NCBI GenBank assembly: GCA_016748015.1
Contig: JAAOMT010000577.1
Span: 248,001-312,000 of the forward strand
From: Geosiphon pyriformis uo1
Taxonomy: Eukaryota; Fungi; Glomeromycota
DNA length: 64,000 nucleotides
Direction: 5' to 3'
In this document: positions 42,223 to 55,800 of the stretch, in pieces
How the letters are laid out: every line of letters begins with the position of its first letter
Numbering within the stretch: the first letter of the stretch is position 1
Program-made: the position numbers and the translations under genes
Notes under the pieces: generated by a model
What the model was told of the DNA's origin: nothing
The model's input: the letters and a program-made list of their open reading frames with translations, nothing else
Databases searched by the model: none

Positions 42223-43139
42223 AGTTGAACAGGGGAATATATATATGAGTAGTGAATTATGGGACATGTTGGCGTTAAATAGAAATTTTTAAAATGATAA
42301 TCAACAATAATGACTCATTAAAGTTAAGAAATTTTGAGAAAAAAGTTTTAGTTATTGCAATAGAAATTTTGGACTTCAAAAACTATGGCCTGGGGTTCTG
42401 AAGTTTCAAAAAAAAAAACTGAAGAAATATGTTTAGAAATTTCTTTCTACCTTTAATAAAAATTTTAAGAATAAGTACTTTTATTTTATTTTATTTTATT
42501 TTATTTTATTTTATTTTATTCTATTTTATTTAGTCAATTTCCATATCACACCATGAAAAATTTGAATAGTTTGATTTTTAAATTAAATTTACAAGTGTGA
42601 AAGCAATTTACATGTGATTAAAGCAATAAAAACAAAAATCTTTCCAAGAAAACTTGATAATATAAATTTAAATTTAAATTTAAATACTTTAAATTCTTAA
42701 CTTTTAGGGAAATAAATAAATTCATTAAAAAATCATGTTAAAACAAGATTAAAAAGACTTTTTTTTTTAAACTGAATAAATCAATATGAGAATTTAATGA
42801 ATTGAAAGGTTTTGAAATTTCTTTTATGTAGTTTCTAATTTTTTAAAATATAACTTCTTACTTGTAGACTTGTTATGATAAATATCCCAGTAGAGCGATT
42901 CTCAGAATTAGCAGTCCAACACTTTTCATCGAGTTTATCGATAGAAAGGTGGGAAAAGTATAATTGATATTGATCAGATTAAAAAATTTATATATACACT
43001 TATTGATATATTAATTATAAAAATATATAATTAAAAAATAAAGTAAAAATTATTATTTATAATTATTTTATATTATATATATATATATATATATATTTTA
43101 CAATATTTTTATTTAAAACAGTTTTACTTAAAAAAAAAA

Positions 43140-43390
43140 CAAAAAAAAAAACGAGGAAAAAGTGTTTGAACTCTATTCAAAAAGCAGCAGACACGAGAAA
43201 TACAAATACATAATAATACAACCTTGGATGGTGTTATCAAAATGGATTGGGAACAACGAAAAATTCCGAAAAAGTGGAAAATCCAACTCACACAATCCAA
43301 AGCTTAGAGGAAGTCATCGAAATGGATCGGGAACAAAAAATAATGAAAAAAAAAAAGTGTTTGAACTTTATTAAAAAGCAGCAGAAACAG
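43140..43390 (+). pseudogene. decayed Sel1-repeat fragment
   Basis: EKVFELYSK(A)A.., NLGWCYQNGLGTTKNSEK, RNGSGTKNNEKKVFELY*KAAE in shifting frames; explains the ~35-bp direct repeat at 43156/43351. Confidence 0.7.
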
Positions 43391-43846
43391 ATAATTTAAG
43401 TTATCAAAATAATTTTCCTGATTTGGATTCCCAACAACCTGGAACGTATCATTTTTTAAAATACCAGAATCGAGGCTCAATACTTAGATCTGGTGGGAAC
43501 GATAGGATTTGGTATTGTTAAAAAAGGCGTATAAGGGAACAGAATTCTATTTTGGTATATGAAAAATCAAAAGTATGAGCCGACTGGGCTCACGAAAATT
43601 GTTTTAAAATATCCTAAAAACAGCTGAATATATAAAATGTGTTAATTAAGATGAGGTATTGCCTTTTAAAAAATATATGGGATTTTTGTTATTCTAATTT
43701 CTTTTCAAATACTAAAAACCGTATTTACATAGTTTTTACTCCCTGGATTTGACTAAAGCACTCCTAAAGTTTATAGTATAGACTAGAAAAGAAACCGATT
43801 CTTGTTACTTTTGCCAATCGAAAATAAGATTTTTTCAGATGTGAAA

Positions 43847-43914
<68 letters not shown>
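43847..43914. repeat. (ATT)n microsatellite
   Basis: Perfect att run. Confidence 0.95.
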
Positions 43915-44422
43915 CGTTATGGAATAGATAAAGAATATATTTTCTTCAAAACTATCCAATTTTACGATTGCTTACATGATAAAATCCATACCGTTATTAT
44001 TTTAATCGTGCAAATCAAAGATGCTGAGATAGAGTTTTTGCTTTTTCAATCTGTTCTGCGTCATATGACGCTGTTAGGAAATAACTTGTTCCATTCGTTG
44101 GGATAAGCCTTTAGCATATGCATCGTAATCATAATCATCATCATCATCATCGTCATTATCATCATCATCATCATCATCATAGCATAATGAAATATGCTAA
44201 TTCTTAATTCTTAGTACAGTACATTTTAGTAGATGACAAACATTTCTCGGTGGTGAAATCAAGAATTTTCACTTTTGGACCACCATAGACATATACTTTC
44301 GACGACTGGTTAATTTTAAATAAAAAAATGCTCGACCAAGAAAAAGCACTCGATCTACCCATTACTGAATGTATTCTTTTTTTCTATTAAGAAATCAAAC
44401 TATTAATCATGATATGGTTGTA

Positions 44423-45067
44423 CTATTTTCTACAAGTAAGTCTAACTGACTTAGGTAAAGAAGCATTATACGATAAGCTCATATTAACTATCAAAATATT
44501 AGCCTTATATCTAATAAAATATTCAGGTTGCAGGATTTGTCCTGCAACCTGAATTCCAACAACCCTGAATTCCAACAATTCCGAATTCATTCTTATCAGG
44601 CTCACAACTCTTATGACCCCAATACATAACATCATTCGTTTCTCTCGATAATTTTACCAGAAATTTTCTCCACCACGTTTCATAACAAATATAATATCTG
44701 GTAGTCACCCTGATCATCCATCTCCTCTTCTATCAGCGCTTGCATTGCTTTGTTTTTCGAAATTGCTGATAAATGTAAATTGCCAACAAGATCTTTTAAT
44801 GTTGCTCGAATGGCAGGTATGATCACATTGGCAACATAAGTGTCTTTTTTTGATACTTTTGTAAAATCAGTTTCAAATATTGGCTTATTCCAAGCATCAT
44901 TTCTATATTAATAATAATAACTTTTTGTAAGCTTTAATCAAAATACAATATACTTACAAAGTATTTAAATTATACTCACTCTCTTTCCATATTTCATCAT
45001 GTGAAAGCTCTCGTGAAAGAAAGCTCATTTTGTGGTGTCCAAGGGTCTTGGTAAATGACAAAGCCAT
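44423..45067 (-). pseudogene. Crinkler-related restriction-endonuclease-fold (PD-D/ExK) pseudogene
   Basis: TYVANVIIPAIRATLKDL; EKQSNASADRRGDG*SG*LPDIIFVMK; VKLSRETNDVMYW..KNEFGIVGIQ(V)AG; CGA->TGA-type stops, a deletion and a duplicated GTTGGAATTCAGG. Confidence 0.7.
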
Positions 45068-45740
45068 TAGTAATATTTTCTTCGGCAGTGTTTGTTTAAA
45101 AGTTGTTTAGATATATTGATAAGAAAAATAAAAGTAAAAGAGTGAGAAGAGAAAAAAAACCCCATTTATTACCGGAAATAACTAGTGTGAAAAAAAAATC
45201 TATCTTCTATCACTTTCGAAAATGTTCTATGCAGATTGATAACACATAGCCGGGTAATCACATGTACTTTGGGATTGTGCGATAATCTTCACATATGTAT
45301 CTTTGATCATTATGAAACTAAGAATAAAGCTTCATAAACATCATTCAGAAAAAATATTTCTTATAAATTTTTTTCATACAATTATTAAATTAATTAAATA
45401 TCAAAATTTCAAATTTTATTAATATTAATTTAAATAAAAGCTTTTTTTATTAATTCTTATATTACAAAGAAAAAAATATCTTAATACTTTTAATACACTT
45501 TTGTTTAAGAATAACCAAAATAAAAAAAATAAAAAAGCTTATTATAAAAAAAATATTATTAATTATAAGATTAAAAGCATAAATAAAATAATTAAAAAGT
45601 CTAATATAATAAAATTATTGTCAAAAAAGCCTATTAATAAAATAAAATTAATTAATACTGGTTTTATTATATTTATAAACAAATCAGAATCTTAAAAAAT
45701 AAAATATATAGTTTTTATAATAGTATTAATAATAAATATA

Positions 45741-47440
45741 CAGTCAAACCTGAGATAACCTATATTCTTGGTAAATATAAATTGTTATAGGTTATTACAA
45801 GTTATGAGTTTTTTTAAATTTAAGTATATATAGTATATATATAATAAAAATAGATATAATATTATTAAAAAATAAATTTATTTGCATATTCTTATAAGAA
45901 TTTTTAAATATTTTTATGCAATATTAAAGAAACTTGTAAGAATTATTTGTTTTTGTTTATTTTGTATTCTCTTATAAAGTATATATTTAACATAAGCAAA
46001 CTTATATACTGTATTATAAAATTTTTTGCTATTTTCAAGCTTTATAAACTGTTCAAAATTTGTAATAACAATTAATACATTTTTAATACTTATTATTTTC
46101 TGTATCTATTTTTTTTTATTAGAGCTATCATGTTTTGTTTTATGATTTATTATAATATAATTTACTATCTTATTATTATCTAAATATTCTAAAGTAATTA
46201 TATTATTTTTTTTAGATAGATTTATTAATTTTTCAATTAATAAGTATGTATAATTTGGTTGTATACAATTAAACTTTTTATAGCAATTTTTAATCTTTTT
46301 TAATAAGTTTGTAGTTTTATTCTGAAAGTTGTTATTTATATTGATTAGAAAAATACCAACTTTGTATTAGCAATAAGCAATTGTTTTATTTAAAATATTT
46401 TTCTATGTTTTATAAATTAGATTCATTGTTTAAAGTTGGTTAATTGCATAAATATTATCAATATCATCATTAAAAAGATTTAATACATAATGAAAAAAAT
46501 AGTAATGGTAATATGTCTTAAAACAATGAATAATTCTAGTATTTATAGGCTAAATATGTACTGTTAAATTAAATACAAACTGTTTTATATAAATATTTAT
46601 AATAGATTTCATATTATAATTGTGATTAGCAAAATTGTTTATTAATAACAATATGTTTTGGTTTTTTTTATACAGCTAATAGTCTTAATTAACAAGCTAT
46701 TATCAAATAATATTACCAGTTATTTAAGCACAAGTGTTTAAATAATACTAAAAACCAAGTTGTTTTTCTGTTTTTTTTTAAAAACAATGTAGATATTTAG
46801 CATAATCAATAATAAGTAGTAGTAAACATTCAGTTCTATTAGCATTAATTGTAAAAATAAGTGTCAATTACATTTTTAATTGTTTAATACCATAACATAA
46901 TATTATAACAAAACCTTGATTTAATGATATAGCATAAAATAGTATAGTTTTATTTATGTTAAAAATATTATATAACTTCCAATTAACAAGAAATATTATT
47001 ATATGCACTTATTTATCTTTAATATACTTAATATTGACTGATAATACATTATCATAAAAGTGAAATAAATGCAATCTAATATAGTTTTTAAAGCTTTCAA
47101 GCCAGCCATTAAATAGTTTTTGGCACTTATTTTCTAAAATATCTAATTAATTATAGAACTTTATGCCAGCAGCTCAAATTACATCTTCAGTAAGTATCAT
47201 TTTATGTGATTCTGCTTTTTGAACAAAAATAACAAGTGCTTTATCAAAGTTAATATTACATACTATATATATATACTTATTAGTCAAGTCATGTATTGTA
47301 TTTGTTTATAAACAAAAATTTGGTTTATCTTTGATCCAAGCCGAAACTAAAGGTTGTTTTATGTATGAAAAACCGTTTTTCTTAAAGTGTTTTGCAGTTT
47401 TTGATTGGTTTTTATCATTTGCATGATATTAATCGAGCAC
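45741..47440 (-). mobile_element. heavily mutated pogo/Tc5 (CENP-B HTH + DDE_1) DNA transposon relic
   Basis: FDKALVIFVQKAESHKMILTEDVI*, NGWLESFK, NIFNINKTILFY (from NMDETGLFY), NANRTEC, A*ITGNI (AWMT), LLLINNFANH, HI*PINTRII; TA|CAGTCAAACC TIR-like end at 45741; the other end was not found. Confidence 0.8.
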
Positions 47441-50400
47441 CATGAAGTGTAGTATTTTCACAACTTTGTGAAATGCAAGCTAAAGAGATAGCATGCTTTT
47501 TGCTATTAAACATAATAGAATTAAAAGACAAAAAAAAAGTACAATTAAGACTCTGATCAGATATGGCTGATTCAATTATCCGACTTAATTATTCATACAA
47601 TTGATAATAATTTAAAACTTGGAATAATTCGAAACTCTAATTTGATTACTCACACAATTGATATTAATTTAGAACTTGAAACAATTCAAAATTCTGACTT
47701 AATTTTAAAAAATTATAATATACAAATTTTTAATAACAAATAATAATATTATATTAATATAAAAATTACACTTAAATTTGGTTTAAATAAAAAAATTTTA
47801 TTTTAATATCCATTTATTATTTAAATATAATATATAAATATATAATAAATAAATTAATTTGTTTAAAAAAAGTTTACATAAATTTATTAGCTTTTATATT
47901 GCTATTTATTTAAAATTTTTATAATAAAAATTTAGAAATTATGATTGTATATATTTTTATTTCTTTAAAAAAACTATTCATAATTTTAAAACGTATTATA
48001 AAAATAAATTATTTGTACAATTACAACAATTTTTACAAAATTCGGAGTTTTTATACAAATTTAATTATTATAATAAAAAAATTATTATTTATTAGAAATA
48101 TATTGTTATATTTAAAACTTTTAATTTTTAGTTTTATTTGTTTACTCGACCATAATTAATTATTAATATTATTAATTAATCATTTTTAAAAGTAATTATT
48201 AATATGATTATTAACTTGATTATTGATAAAATTATTAATCTGATTATTGATTTTTTTTAATAGTATATAAGTAAAACTTTTTAAAGCTGTAAAAATTTAT
48301 TTATACTAAATCAAATTTATTTAAAACAAAAATTAATGCAACAATATTGATTCTTTTTTTTACTATTTTTTTCTTAATTTGTATGATTATTAGTTTTTGT
48401 AAAGTATATTGAATAAACATTTATTAAAAAATACAACTAATATTTGATATTAAATTTTAAAAATGCCAACATAATACATAAAATTATATTAGTGTATTAT
48501 TTTTTTTTAATAATATAAACTAATTTTTTAATTTCAAATTTTCTTATTTTTTAAAAAGAATAACAATTAAAATATTTATGAAACTAATCTTGTATATTGA
48601 ATTCTTACTAATTTAATTTATTTATTAAAGTTAAATTACTTTTTGATTATTTTTTTCGTTATATAATATTGTTTTTTCTTGCTATTTGTTAATATATTAT
48701 CTCTAATTATAATAATATGTTATAATTTATAAAAAAAATTTTAATTTTTTTGCTAAAAATAATTTTAATTAAGATATTTACATCAAATTTGTTTAGTAAA
48801 TACTTATAATAATTATGTTAACCAAAATTATATATTTTATTTTTACAATTATAAACATAATTTTAATAGATAATTAATAATGATCATAAATATTATAATT
48901 TTTTATTTGTTAAAATTAAAAACAAAATTAACAATATTATTAAGCATTTTTTATAATAATAATTGGGTTTATAAAAATTTTCATAATAGTAATTTCTTAA
49001 TTAAAATTAATAAAAATAAAAATTTATTTTTTGTTATATTAATAAATTTTTATTGAATAAAAAAATATTTACAATACAATATTTTTTAAATATTAATTTT
49101 ATTAATATATAATGACTAAATACAATAAAATAATAAGTTAATTACAAAAAATTTTAATTTTAATATTTTTATAATTATATAAAAAGAGTTTAAATATAAA
49201 AAAATAAAATATTTTAAATAAAAACAAGTACTTATTAAAAACTTGAATAAATTACCAAATAAAAAAGTTAATAAAAAAGCATTTGTTTTTATATAATAAT
49301 TTAATTTTGATTAATATTATTATTATAATTTAGTATTAATTAACTTAAACATATTGTACAATTTTTGTTTTAAAATATTTATTTTAAGTTTAATTAAAAA
49401 TAATTGATTTTAAACTTTATTATTAATATAATTAACAAAACAAAAATTACATAAATTAAACAATAAAATTACTTGATATTATCAAATATTTTATTATTTA
49501 TTTAGAAAATATTAAAAATTATTCACAAACTGTTTATTAAAACTTTCTTATAAGTTTTAAAAAATATATTAATACTTTTTTTTTATTATATTTTACATGT
49601 AGTTCAATTATTATCTAATACAATGAGTTAAATTAAGTGACTTAAATTAGATGTAGTTCACGTGTTTTCTATATATGACCAGATATAAGCCAAATTTTAA
49701 AAAATTTAGATTATTTGCTTTGAAAAAAACTACTATTTTTATAAACTATTTAATTTTTTTAAAAAAATTTTCAACATAGAATTAATATTAATATATTAAA
49801 CACTTTTTTTTATTTTTATTGCAATTACACAATTTAAAACTATTATTGTAGTTAAATTCGAATATTTAGTTATTTACTAAAAACTACTTACTAATATTAA
49901 TTAAAACATTTAAAATAAAATTGAAAAAATGTTAAAAAATTACAAACTATAATTATTTTTATTCTAAATTATAGTGGCAAAGACAGAAAAGACCAGCTTG
50001 TTAGCTGGCCTATTATTAAATATACAAATAATATCACAATTTTTTCCAAAACTAAACAAAATAAAACTAAAATATGACATTGAAACAACAAAAATCACTT
50101 AGTCATTTCTTTACTTTTGCTCAAAATTATCAATTTTATTTTTGTTTCAAATTAAGAAAATTTTGGCCAAACCAAACACAAAACCTTGAAGTTTTGGTTT
50201 AATTAATTATCTTAATATAATTATTGAAAATTTTATTATAAGCTTAAGAAATTTGATTAAACTAGTTTTAACTGCATTAGTATTAGTTATCTTGAAAGTT
50301 ATTAATTTATAGTGTAATAAAAATATTGAAAAAAATATTTTTGTTGATTTTATTATTAAATAAAAGAGACTTTTATTAGTAAATTGTATTTATTTTAAGT

Positions 50401-52823
50401 ATAAACTTCTTAACTATTATAAAATGCACTTATTAAGTATTATTTTTTGCAAAATTTTTAAAAAATTTATTGTTATATAGTTTAAAATTATACATGACTT
50501 AATTATAATATTTAGTTGCATATGTAAATTGCTACAAATTGAGTATTGATAAAATAAAAGACAAAAATAATTAATATAAATAATAAGATAATAAGAATAA
50601 TCTTATGGTAATTTTTGGTTCAAATAAATAACAGATAAACGAGAAACTATAAAAGCAAGTTTTTTACTTATCAAGTTAATTTTAACAATATACAAATTAA
50701 AAAAAAAGTAATTGCAAAAACTAGATTCTATATTTTCTGGATATGAAAAAGTAGTTTTCTTCTGGAAAAAAGATTTTAATTAAATTCTCCGCTAAAGTGC
50801 AAGAAATATTTAAGGCCCTTATAAAATGCCTATCTCAATTTATTTGCATAAAGAATTTGTTTTATAAAAAAATCTCTTTGTCGAAATTAATGAAGTTTCT
50901 TAATTTTAGGATCCTGTTTATTGTTCTTTTAAAAATAAGCAATACAATACATTACTTTCGATCAAGAGCATGTTATCACTTGGAAAAAAAATAATTATTT
51001 GAATGTGAAAATTGCTAATTATTTGTTGAAAATGATCTTGCAGCATAAAAATGGTTTAGAATATTTTACTTTAAGTTTTATTGAAAAATCAAATTTTTTA
51101 CTAAACTTCTTAGATTTGCTAACAATAGTATTATAGTTAATTTTTCTATTTAGCTATTATAGGTTAATTATAGAGAAAAATATTTTATTTTAAAAAGAAA
51201 TTGTTGACTTGATTATTGACTGAATTTTTAATCTTTTTTAGAAAAATATAATTGACATAGTATAAAATCTCCAAATCTCTTTCTTATTATTCCAAATTTT
51301 ATTTATTATATATAATTAGGTTTAAAATTAATAAAAACTATTTGTAATTTTAAATCGTTGTTGATTGAATTTGATTTCTTTTATTAAATAATTTACAATA
51401 TTTAATTCAAACCACATTTTTTTATTTTATCATTATACTTATTTTATTGTTTTTAATACTTCATATATGTTTTTACTTATTAGTTCCAAATTTAATTAAA
51501 TCAAAGATTCATTTTTGATTAACTAATAAATCAAAATCAATATTATTTGAAAATTTAGTCTTTGATATACAATTTTAAAAGTATTTATAGAAAATATGAA
51601 GAATTATTTAAATAACGTTTTTTATTTGTTCATAAATTAATCAAGGTATTTATTGATTTTATACAAAAAACACTATTTGATTGTGGTTCTATTTGCAGCA
51701 ATTACATATTTTCGATCAAATTTTCATAATAAATGTATTCAAAAGTATGATAATAGTTTATTATTTAAATAAGAGCTTCTTTTAATTTTATTAAGCAAAT
51801 AAATGAATAACTAAATGACGCGATTAACTCAAAAAATGGATAGTTTAGATATTTATAGATAAGCTAATTAAAGAATTTAGGATGCTTTAAAAAACGGGGG
51901 TATTCGTAAACGCAATAAAGATCTGTTTCCATTGACGATCAAAAAATAAAGGGGGAAACATCTATTGGACTCGAGTAATTTGCTTTAATGTTTGGAGGCG
52001 CTTTCGTCTATGAAATATGAACACCATGTTCTTTATGCTGTGGCCATTTACATTATTTAGTCTAATTTATTAATTTTTGCATAAGAGATATGGGTCCCAC
52101 GGTTTTAAGGGGGATGTGAATTTGATTTCCCATTCTGATTGTATTTACCCATTATAGGATAGCAGAGTCAAAAAAAAAATGAGTCATGAGGATCTGCTTA
52201 ATATTACATTAGTCATGAGGATCCGCGTAATAATATAAAAAATTTCCAGAAAGTACCAAGGTTTCAAAAAGTGACGCTTTGTTTTTAATCACTACATATT
52301 AGTTAAACCCACCCTTGTATTATTTGATACTTGTTTTCGCGTTTTCGCATGAAAAACAAACGCATAATTTTTGATCTCAAAATCAACAACTTAGTGGCAG
52401 TAACATATATAAAGAGGTATTCTCTGCCTTTAAGCAAAATTTTATCCTATATGGGATTACTCTTATCTTTATCGGCGACGAATTACCGGCGTCCACAAAC
52501 TTACGAACCCAACAGCTATAACCAGTACGACTAACGACTCACCAATCACGACTCACGAATCCAAAGAACACTAAAAAAATCTAAGAGAGGTTCATTCTCG
52601 TCCCCAGTCGTACTGATAACCGCAGCAGGTCTCGAAGGTTAAAAGCCTCTAGTTGATAGAACAATCCAGGTAAGGGTGTTGACGTATCTCTTCTAGCTCT
52701 AAGTGTTGGGTGAGGGAGGGGGGCATCCTTTACCGGAAAGAACCCCAACCTTAACCGAAGAAACTCAACCAAGCACGGGGTTTCCAACTCCTTTATATCG
52801 CCAAATGTGGTGTTCTCTAACCA

Positions 52824-53088
52824 CTGTGCCTGCACCCATTCTGCTGAATGTCTGTTTTCACTTACGGTCTATGACATGAATTGTTATACCTCTGTGCATG
52901 TACCCGTTCTTCCGAATGTCTGCTTCCACTGACGGTCAATGACATGAATTGTTATACCTCTGTGCATGTACCCATTCTGCCGAATGTCTGCTTCCACTTA
53001 TGGTCAATGACATGAATTGTTATTTAACCTCTGTGCTTGCCGCATTCCAGCTAAATGTCTGTTTCCACTTATGGTTATTGATGTGCAT
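52824..53088. repeat. tandem repeat, 68-bp unit x ~3.8
   Basis: Units start at 52824, 52892, 52960, 53031 (ctgtgcatgtacccattctgccgaatgtctgcttccactta..). Confidence 0.92.
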
Positions 53089-53199
53089 CATGGGTTAAAC
53101 TATTCCTATCTACTATCTAGTGAAACCACAGCCAACAGAACGGGCTTGGCAAAATCAGCGGGAAAAGAAGAGCCAATTGAGCTTGACTCTAATTTGACA
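53048..53199 (+). rRNA. isolated LSU (25S/28S) rRNA fragment (non-functional)
   Basis: 53099-53199 matches conserved ACTGTCCCTATCTACTATCTAGCGAAACCACAGCC..GAGCTTGACTCTAGTTTGACA with transitions; weaker match extends to ~53048 (AGCCAAATGCCT, GACGCGCATGAATGGATTAA). Confidence 0.85.
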
Positions 53200-53214
53200 C
53201 CAACAATTGACGGA

Positions 53215-53550
53215 TAACCACTGCTTACCAATAATTCGCGAATTCAACATTCGAATAACCATCACCCACCAATAATTCGCGATTCAAACTTCGAATATAA
53301 CCATCACCCACCAATAATTCGCGATTCAAAATTCGAATATAACCACTACTCACCTAAAATGCACGAATTCAACATTCAAATAACCATCACCCACCAATAA
53401 TTCGCAACTCGACATTCGAATAACCACCGGCCACCAAAAATGCACGAATTCAACATTCAAATATAACCATCACCCACCAGTAATTCGCAATTCAACATTT
53501 GAATAACTACGCTCACCAGCAATTCGCAATTCAACATTCGAATAACCAAT
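53215..53550. repeat. tandem repeat, 40-43-bp unit x ~8
   Basis: taaccatcacccaccaataattcgc(g/a)attcaacattcgaa units, abutting, no unique spacers. Confidence 0.92.
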
Positions 53551-53658
53551 GAATATGGAATAGGAATGCATGAACAATCGATCATCAAATAACTGAATTA
53601 AATTTTAGGGTTAGGTGGTGAGGAATTGATAATTTTTAGTCTGTTATTTATGCCTTGC

Positions 53659-53764
53659 AAGAATGAAGAGTGGGAAGAGGGCAGTTTAAGATTTCTTACA
53701 AGAATAAAGAGTGGGAGGGGGGTAGTTTAAGATTTCTTACAAGAGTGAAGAGCGGGAGGGGTAG
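53659..53764. repeat. tandem repeat, 41-bp unit x ~2.6, purine-rich
   Basis: aagaat(g/a)aagagtggga..g(c/t)agtttaagatttcttac repeated. Confidence 0.85.
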
Positions 53765-54671
53765 CCACATTTGTCAATTATCTTTTCTATATCCATCTAG
53801 TCTATATAGGAATAAAACTTTATCAGTATATAAAAAAGTTATCAGGGAAGGGTTTTTACAATAACAAAATTGTTCGCCCGTTGCCAATTCTGATAAACTT
53901 TTGTTATTTACTGTTTATTGTTTAAGCCTATTGAAATCTAATTCAGAAATTTGAAATGATCGATATAAAATATTTAAGAAACCTAATGTATAATAAACTA
54001 TTGTAATTAATATAAGTATTTTTAAATGATAATAGTTCGGTTATAAGATTAAGAATTGGTAATATTAGCTTAAGTCCAAGCAATAATAACTTTATTTTCA
54101 AACCACTGATCAAATATCCTTGAGACCTTTTTTACACAAGTACGGATTTAAATATTAAAATAGGTAATATTGAACATGCTTAATATACTTTTTCACCGTG
54201 TAAAACGAAAACCCTCTGCCCTTGCTATCGAAATATATTAATTTGATCAGCATGAATAAAAAATTTTATGGTCACTATTAATTCGGAAATATTTTTATGT
54301 CCTTAAGTTTTAAATGAGAAAAATGTGAGTGTTTATTTTTAATTAAAACCAGAATTTTAAATTGAAAACCAAATTCTATTGGGATTTGATAATTTTATTT
54401 TAATTTGCCTCAATTAAATCCACGCTGAAATAATTTTTCAATGAAGGCAAGGCCAAAATAAAATTTTAATTACTTCAAGTTTTTTAAACCTTTTTATTTA
54501 AAAATAGTGAAGCCTTTGATTTAGTTAAATAATTAGAATATTCATAAAAAAATTTATTAAAAAAAAGGCAATAGACAATATATCTAAATAAATATTTTCT
54601 AGAAAAATTTAATTATCGGGATTAAATTTAATTTTAGTGTCATTATTTTTGATAGTAATAAAAATGGTCAT

Positions 54672-55800
54672 TTAAGAATGATTGATTGTTATCATAGGAG
54701 GACATTGTGACATCATTTGTCCTAAATAAGGACCAAGATGTAATGCAAAAGCTTCTTCATTTGATGCAGCCTCGGTTCTACCATTGCATTCATAAATATA
54801 TAAAAAATGATTAATAATTGTAAAAGAATTGTTCAGATTAAAAACAAAATTTTGATTCTATAACAACTTACTTGGCTTTCCAACTTTATTCTGCTCGTGG
54901 TTTTGGGGCCTGGGCATCCCCATTATTATTATCGGAAGTAGCACAGCCACAATCTTTTGGCAATATCCAAAGCTCCTTTCCATGGTGTAAATATTATACT
55001 TTCTGATAACTCCTTAGATACTTTGGTATAAAATCATTATAATATGTCACTCTATATATTTTAGATTATTAAAGGAATTTAGCTTATGAGCGAATTGGTA
55101 GTTTCCAAATCGAGGTTCACCATATGTGTAAACTTTAATCTGAGATAATTCAGGTGCTTTACTGTCAAGAGTTCGAAAGCTCCAAGTACAGCAAACACTA
55201 AAAATTAATGTCAATTAGATGAGTCTTGTCAAGAAATTTGATTAAAATATAAATATTTATGTACCACCACCAAGCCCATGTCCAACAAAACTCAAATTAT
55301 GTGCTGGCGGAATTCCTTTTCGTCTATGACCAATATGACGCCTTAACTCTGTCCATCCAAGTTGAAATATAAGGGAAAAATTTTCATCGATCATCAGATC
55401 ATTTATACTTTTGTATCGCGTTCGGAGTTGTTTTTCCGAAGTAATCTCAAAAATCTAACTCATTGGCACGAATCTGGATCAAGAAAATTTGGTTTTTATG
55501 TATGCTTGTTATTTTCACTAAGATAGACAATTGAGATTTGAATTTTAAAAAAAAAGAAATTTTGGGGAATTAATCATAAAGTAATATAAAGTATATAATG
55601 TAAGATGCTAATACTATAAATTCAACAGTCAATTTTATAACGTCTTGATCGTTGACCGGATTTAAACAAGATGCTTCACTAGCGAAAAGAGTGAATTTTT
55701 TCAATTTTTCCATTTTTTAGATAATGTGTTGCTTATATGACGTTTTTCAAATGATTTCGATCGGTTCCAATAGCCATAATAATTATTATCGCTTTCATGA
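54672..55800 (-). pseudogene. lipase-like pseudogene with GHGLGG elbow
   Basis: LKKFTLFASEASC; FVGHGLGG|VFAVL; YTYGEPRFGN; HGKELWILPKDCGC; ECNG..LHLGPYLG; internal stops/frameshifts; 5' boundary approximate. Confidence 0.75.

Noticed and set aside
43156-43385. ~35-bp direct repeats as element ends
   Set aside because: Explained by Sel1 repeat periodicity of a pseudogene.
45501-50994. Short I/K/N/L/F-rich ORFs in the track
   Set aside because: Compositional artefacts of extremely AT-rich decayed repeats; antisense ORFs overlapping real genes elsewhere were dismissed likewise.
53099-53199. Functional rDNA locus
   Set aside because: Only ~100-150 nt of LSU, mutated, with no flanking rRNA sequence.
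53215-53550. CRISPR-like array
   Set aside because: Units abut with no unique spacers, there are no cas genes, and the context is eukaryotic; it is a minisatellite.
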